Positions 23,905-37,039 are shown, counted from the first letter of the stretch. The stretch is DNA of 43,498 nt from Pirellulaceae bacterium (GCA_041744735.1 JBGTKH010000387.1:1-43498); one strand, 5' to 3'. The notes: generated by a model from the letters alone, not told the origin. Numbers and translations: made by a program.

Positions 23905-25527
23905 CTACCGGATCGCGCCTTCCACGGACCGCTTGGCTTTATCGTCTTTGTCAAAGTTGGTGACCATCGCTTCGGTGGTCAGCAGCAGGCCGGCGATGCT
24001 GGCCGCATTGGCCAGAGCCGTCCGCACGACCTTCACCGGGTCGATGATCCCCGCTTTGTACATATCCACATACTTGCGAGAGTTGGCGTCGAAGCCCATG
24101 TTCTCGGGCTTCTGATTGATTTCATCGGCGACCACCGAACCATCGAGGCCACAGTTATCGACAATCTGACGCAGCGGTGCGTCGAGCACGCCGAGCACGA
24201 TGTCGACGCCGATCTTCTCGTCACCCTTGGCCGCCGAACGCGCCTTTTCAACGTCCTCGCGGCAACGCAGCAGAGCCACACCGCCACCGGGCAGAATGCC
24301 TTCTTCGACGGCCGCACGCGTGGCGTGCAGGGCGTCTTCGACGCGGGCCTTCTTCTGCTTCATGTCCGATTCGGTTTCGGCACCGACGGAAATCACCGCC
24401 ACGCCGCCCGCCAGTTTCGCCAGCCGCTCTTGGAACTTTTCCTTGTCGTACTCGCTGTCGACTTGGTCAATTTGGTTGCGGATCTGTTGGATGCGTTTGT
24501 CGATGTCGCCGCGCTTGCCGGCGCCTTCCACGATTGTGGTGTTGCTCTTGTCCACCGTGATCTTCTTGGCTCGGCCGAGCTGATCGAGCGTGAGGCTTTC
24601 AAGCTGAATCCCCAGATCCTCGCTGATCAGTGTGCCACCGGTCAGCACGGCAATGTCGCCCAGCATCGCTTTGCGGCGGTCGCCGAAGCCCGGGGCTTTC
24701 ACGGCACACACGTTCAGCACGCCGCGCAATTTGTTCACCACCAGCAGCGTCAACGCCTCGTTGTCGATGTCTTCGGCGATGATCAACAGCGGCTTGCCAG
24801 ACTGGCTGGTCTTCTCCAGGATCGGCACCAGATCGCGCAGGTTGCTGATCTTCTTTTCGTGGATCAGAATCAGTGCGTCTTCCAGCACGCATTCCATCGT
24901 CGCCGGCTTGTTGATGAAGTAGGGCGAGTTGAAGCCTTTGTCAAACTGCATGCCATCGACGTACTCGACCTTCGTCTCGGCCGTCTTGCCTTCCTCGACG
25001 GTGATTACGCCGTCTTGGCCGACGCGATGCAGGGCTTCGGCCAGCAGGTCGCCGATGGCCTTATCGTTGTTGGCACTGATCGCGCCGACATTGGCCACTT
25101 CCTCTTTGCTAGAGACTGGCCTGGACATCGCCAGCAATTTGGCTTCGGCCGCCTTCACCGCCTTGTCGATGCCGCGGCGGATGGCCATCGGGTTGCTGCC
25201 CGCGACGATGTTTCGCAGGCCCTCTTTCAAGATCGCTCGAGCCAGCACGGTGGCCGTGGTGGTGCCGTCGCCGGCCAAATCCGATGTCTTTTGAGCGACC
25301 TCGACGACCAGCTTCGAGCCCATGTTCTCGAAGCGGTCTTCCAGTTCAATTTCCTTGGCCACCGTCACGCCGTCTTTGGTCACGGTCGGACCGCCGAACG
25401 ATTTGTCGATGATCACGTTGCGGCCGGTCGGCCCCATCGTGATGCCCACAGCATGAGCCAGTTTGTCAACGCCCCGCAAGATTCTTGATCGGGCGTGATC
25501 TTCGAAAAGAAGTTGTTTTGCTGCCAC
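23905..25527 (-). CDS. groEL: chaperonin GroEL (distal copy; no GGM tail)
   Basis: [38 protein letters not shown]..., [12 protein letters not shown]. 540 aa. GTG start. The C-terminus ends ...[14 protein letters not shown] without a Gly-Met repeat. Confidence 0.95.
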   Translation of the reverse strand: MAAKQLLFEDHARSRILRGVDKLAHAVGITMGPTGRNVIIDKSFGGPTVTKDGVTVAKEIELEDRFENMGSKLVVEVAQKTSDLAGDGTTTATVLARAILKEGLRNIVAGSNPMAIRRGIDKAVKAAEAKLLAMSRPVSSKEEVANVGAISANNDKAIGDLLAEALHRVGQDGVITVEEGKTAETKVEYVDGMQFDKGFNSPYFINKPATMECVLEDALILIHEKKISNLRDLVPILEKTSQSGKPLLIIAEDIDNEALTLLVVNKLRGVLNVCAVKAPGFGDRRKAMLGDIAVLTGGTLISEDLGIQLESLTLDQLGRAKKITVDKSNTTIVEGAGKRGDIDKRIQQIRNQIDQVDSEYDKEKFQERLAKLAGGVAVISVGAETESDMKQKKARVEDALHATRAAVEEGILPGGGVALLRCREDVEKARSAAKGDEKIGVDIVLGVLDAPLRQIVDNCGLDGSVVADEINQKPENMGFDANSRKYVDMYKAGIIDPVKVVRTALANAASIAGLLLTTEAMVTNFDKDDKAKRSVEGAIR

Positions 25528-25588
25528 GCGTGAAGGCCCTTATATTAGATGTCCTTGATGTTGCATTGTCTTACTGTATCGCCTCTTT

Positions 25589-25644
25589 GGCGAACGGCGG
25601 GCGTGAGCCCGCTGGTCACCGTGGGGCTTACGCCCACGTTCGCC
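25589..25644. repeat. 56-nt REP-like imperfect palindrome (ggcgaacggcgggcgtRagcccgctggtMacYgtggggcttacgccc...gttcgcc), copy 1
   Basis: The same element recurs at 34317-34372 with only a few substitutions. Its outer arms are self-complementary. Copy 1 lies inside the 140-nt groES-groEL spacer. Confidence 0.85.
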
Positions 25645-25667
25645 GATCAATGATCGCGCTGTTACGA

Positions 25668-25964
25668 CTACACCACTTTGGCCAAGATGTCACTTTCGCG
25701 CAGAATCTTGACGTCTTCGCCGTTGATCTCGATGTCGGTGCCGCCGTACTTGCCGTAAATCACTTCGTCGCCCACGGACACCGACAGCTCGCCGCGTTGT
25801 CCGCTGTCGAGCAACCGTCCCGGGCCGACGGCCAACACAGTGCCGCGTTGCGGCTTCTCTTTGGCGGTGTCCGGCAGCACGATGCCGCCCGCCGTTCGCT
25901 CTTCGGCTTCGGTCGGTTCCACCACCACGCGATCATCTAGCGGACGAATCTTGATCTTCGCCAT
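25668..25964 (-). CDS. groES: co-chaperonin GroES
   Basis: [49 protein letters not shown]...[12 protein letters not shown]. 98 aa. Confidence 0.95.
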   Translation of the reverse strand: MAKIKIRPLDDRVVVEPTEAEERTAGGIVLPDTAKEKPQRGTVLAVGPGRLLDSGQRGELSVSVGDEVIYGKYGGTDIEINGEDVKILRESDILAKVV

Positions 25965-26020
25965 GTTCGTTTCCCTTTATCTTTTTGAATGCTTATGTTC
26001 GATTTAGGTTTGAATTCACA

Positions 26021-27700
<1,680 letters not shown>

Positions 27701-27874
27701 GTGCGGATTCCTCCTGTTGCTGACGGTTGCTCAAATAATCGCCATCGAACCGGGCCAGCCGCCACCGGCTGGATCAAACCACGGCCCGGAAAGTTGTTTT
27801 GTCGTGTGACTTCGTAACCGAGCCATTACTGCCACTCTGTATTGGCAGCCCGGCATCGGAAAGAAGCCGATGTA

Positions 27875-27890
27875 GGCAACCGCTGTGCCA
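27875..27890 (-). promoter_or_regulatory. candidate sigma-54 (RpoN) -24/-12 promoter upstream of the groEL-groES-groEL operon
   Basis: The minus strand reads TGGCACAGCGGTTGCC, that is TGGCAC-N5-TTGC with exact consensus spacing. It lies about 175 nt upstream of the groEL start, in the correct orientation, within a 415-nt spacer. Confidence 0.35.
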
Positions 27891-28115
27891 AAACACTGAA
27901 GACTATCCATAAGCTCTTGTGATGCAATAGCTTACTGGATTCCTAACGCTTGAGTATCTTGGGCGATCAATCCGCCGCGACGGATGCGGCGTGTCATTTT
28001 GACAGCCGGGAAAACCACGTACTTGGCATTTTCCGCAGAAGTAGATTCAATCGGCCTCCGCGACATTTCAAGAAAGCTAGGCTTTCAATGCGGCGACCAT
28101 TAGATCAGGGGGGGC

Positions 28116-29408
28116 ATGCGGCTGTCCGTGAAAATGACCACAGCGAACTCATCCTTGGACGACATTGGCGAGACGTTAGCGACCACATTTGGTGGTGAGT
28201 CAGGAGCTGCTGCTGAGTCGGCCTTTGGTGCATTCGCCGCCGCGGCCTGTACCGATTCCACGCTGCGTCAGGGGCTGATGAACATCAAGCAGCCCACCTA
28301 CGAATCGATCAAGTCGTCGACGATCATGATCGTGGACGACGAGCCCATCAACGTCAAAATCGCTCGCCGGTATCTGCACGACGCCGGCTACAAGAATTTC
28401 ATCACGATCACCGATGCTCCGCAGGCCTTCGATTCGATCCGCATCGAACAACCGGATGTGATCTTGATGGACATTGTGATGCCGCGGATGAGCGGCCTGT
28501 GGATTTTGGAGTTGATGCGCAACGATCCGCGGATGCGGCACATTCCCGTGATCATCCTAACCGCGGCCAGCGACCCGGCGACGAAACTGAAAGCCTTGGA
28601 CTTGGGCGCCGCCGATTTTCTCAGCAAGCCGGTCGATCCAACCGAGTTGGCCGCGCGCGTGCGCAATTCGCTGTTGGTCAAAGCGCATCAGGATCAACTG
28701 GCCAATTACTCGGTGCAGTTGGAGCACGAGGTGCGGCTGCGGACTGCGGCGCTGGAAAGTTCGCGACAGGACGTGATCCACTGCTTGGCCAGTGCCGCGG
28801 AATGCCGCGACGACGTCACCGGCTATCACATCATTCGCGTTGGCACGTACGCCGCGATCGTCTCGCGGCGCCTGGGTTACGACAACGCATGGGTCGAGTT
28901 GATCGAACAGGCGGCCAAGCTGCACGACGTCGGGAAGATCGGCATCCCGGACGCGATTCTGCTAAAGGCTGGCAAGCTGGATGCAGGCGAATATGACGCG
29001 ATGAAAAAGCATTGCGAACTGGGCCTGAGAATTATTCAACCCTGGTCCGAGCTTCGCGGGATCACGCCTCAGCACACGGTTCACGATGCGAACTCCGCCG
29101 TCGGCCATTCGCCGATCATGGTCATGGCCGCGCGGATCGCATACACGCATCACGAGAAGTGGGATGGCAGCGGCTACCCGCGCGGTCTGTCGGGCGAAGA
29201 CATCCCCATCGAAGGCCGCATCACCGCCGTGGCCGACGTGTTCGATGCCCTCAGCAGTTTGCGCCCGTACAAAGCCGCGTTCTCGCTGGCAAGATGCTTC
29301 GAGCTGCTGGAAGAGGGCCGCGGAAAACACTTTGACCCCCGTGTACTCGACGCCTTCTTCGCTTCCACAGCCGAGGTCGTTAGAGTCATGTCCGAATACG
29401 CGGATTAA
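28116..29408 (+). CDS. two-component response regulator with HD-GYP domain (RpfG-type c-di-GMP phosphodiesterase)
   Basis: Receiver domain: IMIVDDEPIN...DVILMDIVMPRMSG...LSKPVD. HD-GYP domain: AAKLHDVGKIGIPD and HHEKWDGSGYPRGL. Confidence 0.9.
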   Translation: MRLSVKMTTANSSLDDIGETLATTFGGESGAAAESAFGAFAAAACTDSTLRQGLMNIKQPTYESIKSSTIMIVDDEPINVKIARRYLHDAGYKNFITITDAPQAFDSIRIEQPDVILMDIVMPRMSGLWILELMRNDPRMRHIPVIILTAASDPATKLKALDLGAADFLSKPVDPTELAARVRNSLLVKAHQDQLANYSVQLEHEVRLRTAALESSRQDVIHCLASAAECRDDVTGYHIIRVGTYAAIVSRRLGYDNAWVELIEQAAKLHDVGKIGIPDAILLKAGKLDAGEYDAMKKHCELGLRIIQPWSELRGITPQHTVHDANSAVGHSPIMVMAARIAYTHHEKWDGSGYPRGLSGEDIPIEGRITAVADVFDALSSLRPYKAAFSLARCFELLEEGRGKHFDPRVLDAFFASTAEVVRVMSEYAD

Positions 29409-29480
29409 GCGATCGAACCACCAGTCCCCGATTGCCGGCGCGACTCGTTTAAACGCGATCTAATGGGGAGCGCAGGAACA

Positions 29481-29514
29481 ATGACTGCCGCGCGAAAATG
29501 ACTGCCGCGCGAAA
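29481..29514. repeat. perfect tandem duplication of a 17-mer (atgactgccgcgcgaaa, two copies)
   Basis: 29481-29497 and 29498-29514 are identical. It lies in the convergent spacer, just outside the POT transporter stop. Confidence 0.9.
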
Positions 29515-29518
29515 CGTG

Positions 29519-30862
29519 TCACACAGGCTGCTCGTCCTGGATGTACGTGCGGCCACGGTAGAATCGGGCGACAATCGTAAACGCGATGGCGCCGCCGAGC
29601 ATGAACAGCGTAAAGAACAGGAAGTACTGGACGCCGGTGAGCCGGCTGGTGCCCGCTTCGTCTTGAATGAAATAGTTCACACCCGAAGTGAACAGGTTGC
29701 CCGCCGCCACGGACAGCAAGTACAGCGACATGATAAAGGATTTCATCGTCTTCGGCGCTTGCGTGTAGGATAACTCCAAGCACGTGATCGAGACCATTAC
29801 CTCGCCTGCGGTCATGACTGCGTAGGCGGCGATCTGCCAGACGATGTTTGGCTTGGCCCCGCTCGCGATCAAGGACTCGACGTACGTCACAATCGCAAAT
29901 GCCGCCGCCGCCAGAAAGAACCCAATCGCGATCTTCCGCAGCGGTGTCAGCGGAAAGACACGATTGATCGCGGGGTAAATGACGTAGGAAAACAGCGGGA
30001 TAAAAGTCAAAATCAGAATCGGGTTCACGGCCTGGACTTGAGCCGACAGCCACTCGACGCCCATCCAGCGCCGATCCATCCTTTCGGCTTGCAACACCCA
30101 CGACGAACCGGTCTGATCGTAAAGCGACCAAAACATGGCCACGAATACATACAGCACCGCCAGATTCATGGCGGCTCGCAGGCCAACGGGGCTGAATGCT
30201 TCCCGCACGAATCGAACACCGCCCGCAGGCACGTGCACGAACTTGTGGCGGCCGGCCCAGAAGACAACCGTGGCCACGAACATCAGCACGCCGGGCACCG
30301 CAAATGCGACGCTGGGTCCAAGTTTTTCCAACAGCTTCGGCGTCAACAGCGTCGAGATGAACGCGCCGAGATTGATGGAAAAGTAAAACCACGCGAAGAC
30401 GCGGCTAATCAAATGTTGGTTTCGCGTGCCGAACTGGTCGCCGACGTGCGCCGATACACAAGGCTTAATCCCGCCCGCACCGATGGCAATCAGTGTCAGT
30501 CCCAACGCAAGGCCCAAACGCGTATCGTCAATGGCGAGTGCCAAGTGCCCCAAACAGTACAACATCGACAGACCGATGATCGTGCGGTACTTGCCGAGCA
30601 GTCCGTCGGAAATGAGTGCACCAAACAACGGAAAGAAATATGCCGACGAGGTGAACAAGTGAAAGTACGTCTTGGCTTGTTCCTCGGTCATCACATCCAA
30701 GGTGCCATCGCGAGCCAACAGGTGCTTCGTCATGAAGATCACCAGAATGGCTCTCATCCCATAGAAGCTGAACCGCTCGGCGGCTTCGTTGCCGATGATG
30801 TACGGGATGCCGCGCGGCAATTCGCTGCTCGGCAAAGGTGCCGTGAGATACTTTTCGCCCAT
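29519..30862 (-). CDS. POT/PTR2-family proton-dependent di/tripeptide transporter
   Basis: [23 protein letters not shown] (ExxERFxYY motif) and [30 protein letters not shown] (PTR2 signature). Multiple TM helices. The Met at 30862 (MGEKYL...) is preferred; the ORF is open to 30916. Confidence 0.9.
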   Translation of the reverse strand: MGEKYLTAPLPSSELPRGIPYIIGNEAAERFSFYGMRAILVIFMTKHLLARDGTLDVMTEEQAKTYFHLFTSSAYFFPLFGALISDGLLGKYRTIIGLSMLYCLGHLALAIDDTRLGLALGLTLIAIGAGGIKPCVSAHVGDQFGTRNQHLISRVFAWFYFSINLGAFISTLLTPKLLEKLGPSVAFAVPGVLMFVATVVFWAGRHKFVHVPAGGVRFVREAFSPVGLRAAMNLAVLYVFVAMFWSLYDQTGSSWVLQAERMDRRWMGVEWLSAQVQAVNPILILTFIPLFSYVIYPAINRVFPLTPLRKIAIGFFLAAAAFAIVTYVESLIASGAKPNIVWQIAAYAVMTAGEVMVSITCLELSYTQAPKTMKSFIMSLYLLSVAAGNLFTSGVNYFIQDEAGTSRLTGVQYFLFFTLFMLGGAIAFTIVARFYRGRTYIQDEQPV

Positions 30863-31018
30863 GATCCGTTTCTCAAACACTAGCCCCACGCGCCAGTTCT
30901 GATGTTGCGCTAGCAAAAACTTGTTTTGGAGTCCAACTCACGACCGTCCAAATTCTGGCGAATTCGGCTACCATCCGTCGAAAAGCGCAACATCAAAGCG
31001 CGCCAGCGAGGGAATCCT

Positions 31019-31132
31019 GTAGCTCGGGTCCATTGACCCGAGCGAAACAACGCGAATTCCTCGGATCGATGGAGGTCAAAGGACTCGACCGACGACAACC
31101 GCAATTTGCTCGGGTCAATGGACCCAAGCTAC
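31019..31132. repeat. inverted pair of small palindromic elements (gtagctYgggtccattgacccgagc)
   Basis: Copy 1 is at 31019-31044. Copy 2 is at 31106-31132 in the opposite orientation. Each has a 7-bp stem gctcggg / cccgagc around tccattga. They lie in the spacer between the POT transporter gene and purU. Confidence 0.75.
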
Positions 31133-31182
31133 GAAGCGTAACCCAAGCTACAAAAAACGGCGAGTGATTGTAACCTCCAAAG

Positions 31183-32049
31183 TTACGAAACGCGATTCGT
31201 GCGCGCCACGACGCGGTGAAAATGCAGTTGCACTTCGCGATCGACCACGCGGCGGACGCCCTCGACCAGACAGCGCGGCTCGTTGTCTTCCTGGCCGATG
31301 CGCATGACGTCTTCCAACTTCATGCCAGGCGGGACGGTGAATGTGGATTGATTGATGATCTGATTGCCGGCATCCAGTTCGGGCACGATGAAGTGACAGG
31401 TCGCGCCGTACGTGAGCATGCGGCTGGCGTACGCCTCTTGATACGGTTGCATGCCGGGGAAGCTGGGCAGCAGTCCGTGGTGCAGGTTGATAATTCGGCC
31501 GCCCGCATACTTCCAGCAACTGGCCGGCGGCAAGATGCGCATGTAGCGAGCCAGGATCACGTAATCGACGTCGTATTGATCCAGGACTTCGATCAGCCGC
31601 GCGTCGTTCGTATTGCCTTGCGAGTCGCCGACCATCTGCCATTCGACGCCGAACTGTTCGGCGATGCCGCGGCAGGCGTTGCGGTTGCCGATCATCACGG
31701 CGGCTTCGGCCTTGATCTGGTTGTCGCGGATCGCCCGCAGCAGCGCCAGCGACGGTTCGGTGCGATACGTCGTGCAGATCGCCAGCCGCGGCCGTTTCGC
31801 CCGTTCGTCCGGAGACCAGACACGTACCGACAGATTTTTCTTGCGGCCAATCTCGGTGACGGCTTCGCGAATCGCCGACAATTGGGCGCCCGACAGTTCG
31901 ATCCGCAGCAGCATTGCAAACACCGCCTCCTCGTCGTGATCGTACATTTGGATCTCGGCGATGTTGGCGCCCTGGCCGGTCACATAATGAATGATCGGGT
32001 CGGCCAGTCCGACGTTGTCAGGCCCAACAGCAGTGATAACGATTTGCAT
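31183..32049 (-). CDS. purU: formyltetrahydrofolate deformylase
   Basis: N-terminal ACT-like domain (MQIVITAVGPDNVGLADPIIHYVTGQGANI) and a formyltransferase core (IINLHHGLLPSFPGMQPYQEA, ATCHFIVPELDAGNQI). The ORF is open to 32091. Confidence 0.88.
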   Translation of the reverse strand: MQIVITAVGPDNVGLADPIIHYVTGQGANIAEIQMYDHDEEAVFAMLLRIELSGAQLSAIREAVTEIGRKKNLSVRVWSPDERAKRPRLAICTTYRTEPSLALLRAIRDNQIKAEAAVMIGNRNACRGIAEQFGVEWQMVGDSQGNTNDARLIEVLDQYDVDYVILARYMRILPPASCWKYAGGRIINLHHGLLPSFPGMQPYQEAYASRMLTYGATCHFIVPELDAGNQIINQSTFTVPPGMKLEDVMRIGQEDNEPRCLVEGVRRVVDREVQLHFHRVVARTNRVS

Positions 32050-32350
32050 GGTTCGATTCGCCCCGCGACGTACTTCTACATGGTCATACACCAGCCTACC
32101 TCATCACGTTGCGCATGCGCAGACGACATAATCCGGTTATGCGGCTTGAGCCCGCAGTACAACCGAGAAAGGATTTTGGCGCGCCATCCGACGACGGCGT
32201 ATTCTACGGTATCGGCGTAGCGTCGCAACCTAGTCTTTTTGCGGGAGGTCTGTTAGGTTAATTGGCAAGCCAGCGCGTGCTAAAGCCGGCGGCACGTCGC
32301 GGTGTGAAGGAGACTCGCGAGCCGGCCCACCTACAACGGAATGACGAACC

Positions 32351-32794
32351 ATGTCCACTGTGCTGCGGACCAAGCCCACGCGCGAACAACTTAAGCCCGG
32401 TGAAGTCCTGTGCGATCATTGCACCGCCAAATGTTGCCGCTATTTCGCATTGCCCATCGACGAGCCGAAGACGCGGAGTGATTTTGAATTCATGCGCTGG
32501 TTCCTGCTGCACGGCCGGGCGTCGGTGTTCACGGAAGATGGCACCTGGTACTTGATGGTGCACACCGAATGCAAGCACCTGCAGCCGGACAACCGCTGCG
32601 GCATCTACGAAACGCGACCGCTAATCTGCCGCGAGTACACCACCGACAACTGCGAGTACGAAGACGACTGGGTGTACGACCACTACTTCGAGACGCCCGA
32701 ACAAGTCGAAGAATACGCCGACGCCGTGTTGGCCAATCCGTCCCACGGCAACTTCCGCAGCCGTAAGCCCCCGCTATTCCAAATCATTGGATAA
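32351..32794 (+). CDS. YkgJ-family cysteine-cluster protein (CxxCxxCC; putative Fe-S/zinc-binding)
   Basis: CDHCTAKCCRYF ... CKHLQPDNRCGIYETRPLICREY is the typical UPF0153/YkgJ pattern. Confidence 0.8.
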   Translation: MSTVLRTKPTREQLKPGEVLCDHCTAKCCRYFALPIDEPKTRSDFEFMRWFLLHGRASVFTEDGTWYLMVHTECKHLQPDNRCGIYETRPLICREYTTDNCEYEDDWVYDHYFETPEQVEEYADAVLANPSHGNFRSRKPPLFQIIG

Positions 32795-32833
32795 CATTTG
32801 GAGTGCGGTAACTCGTTACCGCTTTAGGAATTT
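32795..32833. repeat. third copy of the ggagtgcgg...ccgcttt REP-like palindrome, with compensatory stem changes
   Basis: The sequence is atttggagtgcggtaactcgttaccgctttagga, versus ...gcggcgactcgtcgccgc... at 23.6 kb. cgac/gtcg is replaced by taac/gtta on both stem sides, which preserves pairing. Confidence 0.8.
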
Positions 32834-32862
32834 TTGGAACGCGCCGCGCCGGCAACTGCCTT

Positions 32863-32930
32863 TTATGATTTCGCCCTCCATGATTTTGCAAGTTCCGAGT
32901 TTCGCAAAATCATGGAGGGCAAAATCATAA
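32863..32930. repeat. 27-nt-arm inverted repeat (ttatgatttYgccctccatgattttgc) between convergent genes
   Basis: The arms at 32863-32889 and 32904-32930 are reverse complements with a single mismatch. The loop is 14 nt. It could act as a bidirectional terminator or be a REP-like element. Confidence 0.85.
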
Positions 32931-32947
32931 GAGACAATGTTCACGTC

Positions 32948-34237
32948 TTATGCCGCCGACGCTTGTCGCCCCGCGTAGAACTCGGCGATGTGCTGCACGA
33001 CGGCATGTTGCTCGTCGATGGTCAACTCGGGGAAGATCGGCAGGCTGAGCACTTCAGCGGCGGCGCGTTCGGTTTGGGGGAGGCTGCCGGCCGAGTAACC
33101 CAGCGCACGGAAGCATTGCTGCTGGTGCAGCGGTACAGGGTAATAGATTTCGCTGCCGATGTTGGCTTCGGCCAGCCGGGCGCGCAGCGCGTCGCGCTGG
33201 CCGCCTGGAACGCGAACGGTGTACTGATTCCACACGTGCAGGAAATCGTCCGAGGCGCCGGGCAGGACCAGTTTGCGATGCAGCCCCGCGGCGCGGAACA
33301 GCCGATCGTAGTTGGCGGCGTTCTCTTGCCGGGCGGCGGTCCAGCTTGACAATCGCGTCATCTTCACATTCAACACCGCAGCCTGAATCGAATCCAAGCG
33401 GCTGTTGATGCCCACGTCGCTGTGATAGTAGCGCGGGTTCATGCCGTGCGCGGCCAGCAACCGCAATCGCCCGGCCAGCTTGTCGTCCGACGTGGTCAGC
33501 ATCCCGCCGTCGCCGAATCCTCCCAGATTCTTCGTCGGATAGAAGCTGAAGCAACCGATGTGGCTCATCGAACCCGCGCCGCGCCCGCAGTGCTCGGCGC
33601 CAATGGCCTGAGCCGCATCTTCGATCACAATCAGGTCGTGCCGCTTGCCGATCTTGCAAATTGCGTCCATGTCCGCGCACTGACCGAACAAATGCACGGG
33701 GAGAATGGCTTTCGTGGCCGACGTGATGGCGGGTTCGATCAACGTTGGGTCGATGTTGAACGTGGCCCGATCGATGTCGACAAAGACAGGCGTGGCCCCC
33801 AGCCGCCAGACGGCACTGGCCGTGGCGAAGAACGTGAAGCTGGGCACAATCACTTCGTCGCCCGGCCCAATGTCGGTGGCCATCAGCGCCAGCAACAGAG
33901 CGTCGCTGCCCGAAGCGCAGCCGATCGCGTGTTTCGCACCGCTGAGTGCCGCCACGGACTCTTCCAGTTGCTTCACGTCCGGCCCAAACAGGAACCGGCC
34001 GGAATCACAAACGCGGGAGATCGCCGCCAGAATTTCGTCGCGCAACGGCCCGTTGCCTCGGCCGACATCTAAGAGCGGAACAGAGGTGGGAGTCGATCCG
34101 CTGGCATTTTGCTTGGTCTGCTGTGTCTTTGAGGCGGTCATCGGCGAAAGCTCCGCTTCCGTGCTGTTAGTGTCGAAGTTCAGATTCATGCGGCCCGTCG
34201 GACGGGCGAAATCGGGGTTGAAGGTTACGGTCGGCAT
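32948..34237 (-). CDS. DegT/DnrJ/EryC1/StrS-family PLP-dependent aminotransferase
   Basis: VPLLDVGRGNGPLRDEILAAI..., GCASGSDALLLALMA, and FSFYPTKNLGGFGDGG (PLP-binding Lys). The start is uncertain: Met codons at 34237, 34189 and 34141 precede the conserved core. Confidence 0.88.
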   Translation of the reverse strand: MPTVTFNPDFARPTGRMNLNFDTNSTEAELSPMTASKTQQTKQNASGSTPTSVPLLDVGRGNGPLRDEILAAISRVCDSGRFLFGPDVKQLEESVAALSGAKHAIGCASGSDALLLALMATDIGPGDEVIVPSFTFFATASAVWRLGATPVFVDIDRATFNIDPTLIEPAITSATKAILPVHLFGQCADMDAICKIGKRHDLIVIEDAAQAIGAEHCGRGAGSMSHIGCFSFYPTKNLGGFGDGGMLTTSDDKLAGRLRLLAAHGMNPRYYHSDVGINSRLDSIQAAVLNVKMTRLSSWTAARQENAANYDRLFRAAGLHRKLVLPGASDDFLHVWNQYTVRVPGGQRDALRARLAEANIGSEIYYPVPLHQQQCFRALGYSAGSLPQTERAAAEVLSLPIFPELTIDEQHAVVQHIAEFYAGRQASAA

Positions 34238-34316
34238 CGGTTTGGGTCAAGATCGAACGTGCCTCATTGATAGCCCGCGCCCCAGCCGCTAGAATCCGAG
34301 ACTTACGCAAGTTGCA

Positions 34317-34372
34317 GGCGAACGGCGGGCGTAAGCCCGCTGGTAACTGTGGGGCTTACGCCCCAAGTTCGC
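34317..34372. repeat. 56-nt REP-like imperfect palindrome, copy 2
   Basis: ggcgaacggcgggcgtaagcccgctggtaactgtggggcttacgccccaagttcgcc is near-identical to 25589-25644. It lies in the divergent spacer upstream of the PfkB kinase gene. Confidence 0.85.
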
Positions 34373-34424
34373 CGGAAACGCTCGTCGGAAAACTCGCATC
34401 CAAACGCCTTTATGTCATACAGTC

Positions 34425-35516
34425 ATGGCGAAATCTGAAAACGCTCTCAACATTCGTCCGCAAGCCGCATTAGACTTTGCGGCGATCGGTGCGCTGGTGC
34501 ATCGTCTGGACACGGGCATCATTCCGTTTCACAAAGCGACCGAGTGCCAGATTCACGTCAGCGGCGGGGAGTTCAACGTCGCGGCCAACCTGGCAAACTG
34601 TTTCCAGATGCAGACGGGCATCGTCTCGGCGATCGTCGATTATCCAATTGGCGACTTGATTTCGGAACGTGTCCGCGCGATGGGCGTGAAACCGCATTTT
34701 CGCCACTTTGCTCACGACGGCGTGCATGGGCCGAACATGGCCACCGTGTACAGTGACCGCGGCTGCGGCGTGCGAGCACCGGTGGTGTTTTACAACCGCT
34801 CGAACGAAGCCGCCGCGCAACTGAAGCCGAGTGATTTCGACTGGGCTCAGATCTTCGCGGGCGGCGTGCGCTGGTTCCACAGCGGCGGCATCTTCGCCGC
34901 GCTGTCGGCCACCACGCCCGAGGTCATCATCGAAGGTATGCAAGCGGCAAAAGCGGCCGGGGCTGTTGTGTCGTTCGACCTGAACTTTCGCGAAAAGATT
35001 TGGAAGGTATCGGGCGGACTCGATAAGGCCCAAGCGACGATTCGGCGAATTATGGAGCACGTCGATGTGTTGGTGGGCAATGAGGAAGACTTGCAGAAAG
35101 GGCTGGGAGTGCCCGGACCCGACGTGGCCGGCAAGTCGAAGCTCGACCCCAGCACGTTCTTCGGCATGATCGAAAGCGTCGTTGAGAAATATCCGCACGT
35201 GAAGGTTGTCGCCACGACGCTGCGCGAAGTCCATTCGACGAATCGCCACAGTTGGGGCGCGGTTGCCTGGATCAACGGAAAAACCCACGTGGCTCCGACG
35301 TGCGAGCTCGATGTTTACGACCGCGTCGGCGGCGGTGATGGTTTTGCCTCCGGTTTGTTCTACGGTTTGCTAACCGGACTCTCGAACGAACAGGCGGTCA
35401 AGTTGGGTTGGGCTCACGGCGCGCTGCTGACCACGTTCCCCGGCGACACAACGATGGCTACGCTCGCGCAGGTCAAAGCATTCGCGGAAGGCGGTTCGGC
35501 GCGGATTCAACGATGA
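34425..35516 (+). CDS. PfkB-family carbohydrate kinase (2-keto-3-deoxygluconate kinase-like)
   Basis: 363 aa. C-terminal PfkB signature DRVGGGDGFASGLFYGLL. It sits next to gnd and an SDR gene. Confidence 0.8.
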   Translation: MAKSENALNIRPQAALDFAAIGALVHRLDTGIIPFHKATECQIHVSGGEFNVAANLANCFQMQTGIVSAIVDYPIGDLISERVRAMGVKPHFRHFAHDGVHGPNMATVYSDRGCGVRAPVVFYNRSNEAAAQLKPSDFDWAQIFAGGVRWFHSGGIFAALSATTPEVIIEGMQAAKAAGAVVSFDLNFREKIWKVSGGLDKAQATIRRIMEHVDVLVGNEEDLQKGLGVPGPDVAGKSKLDPSTFFGMIESVVEKYPHVKVVATTLREVHSTNRHSWGAVAWINGKTHVAPTCELDVYDRVGGGDGFASGLFYGLLTGLSNEQAVKLGWAHGALLTTFPGDTTMATLAQVKAFAEGGSARIQR

Positions 35517-35571
35517 GGGCGCGGGATCGGGTGTTCAGAAATTCATCTTTTTGCGGTCAGAGCAGGAAACT

Positions 35572-37029
<1,458 letters not shown>

Positions 37030-37039
37030 GCAAATCGTA

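Noticed and set aside
24325-25488. 387-aa plus-strand ORF (also 26183..26815 and 27074..27586)
   Set aside because: These are antisense shadows of the two groEL genes, and their composition is typical of high-GC non-coding frames.
29460-30392. 310-aa minus-strand ORF and 281-aa plus-strand ORF (30038..30883)
   Set aside because: Both overlap the POT transporter gene, which carries clear PTR2 signatures in another frame. They are alternative-frame artefacts.
31216-32220. 334-aa plus-strand ORF
   Set aside because: It is antisense to purU, has no motifs, and is a high-GC shadow frame.
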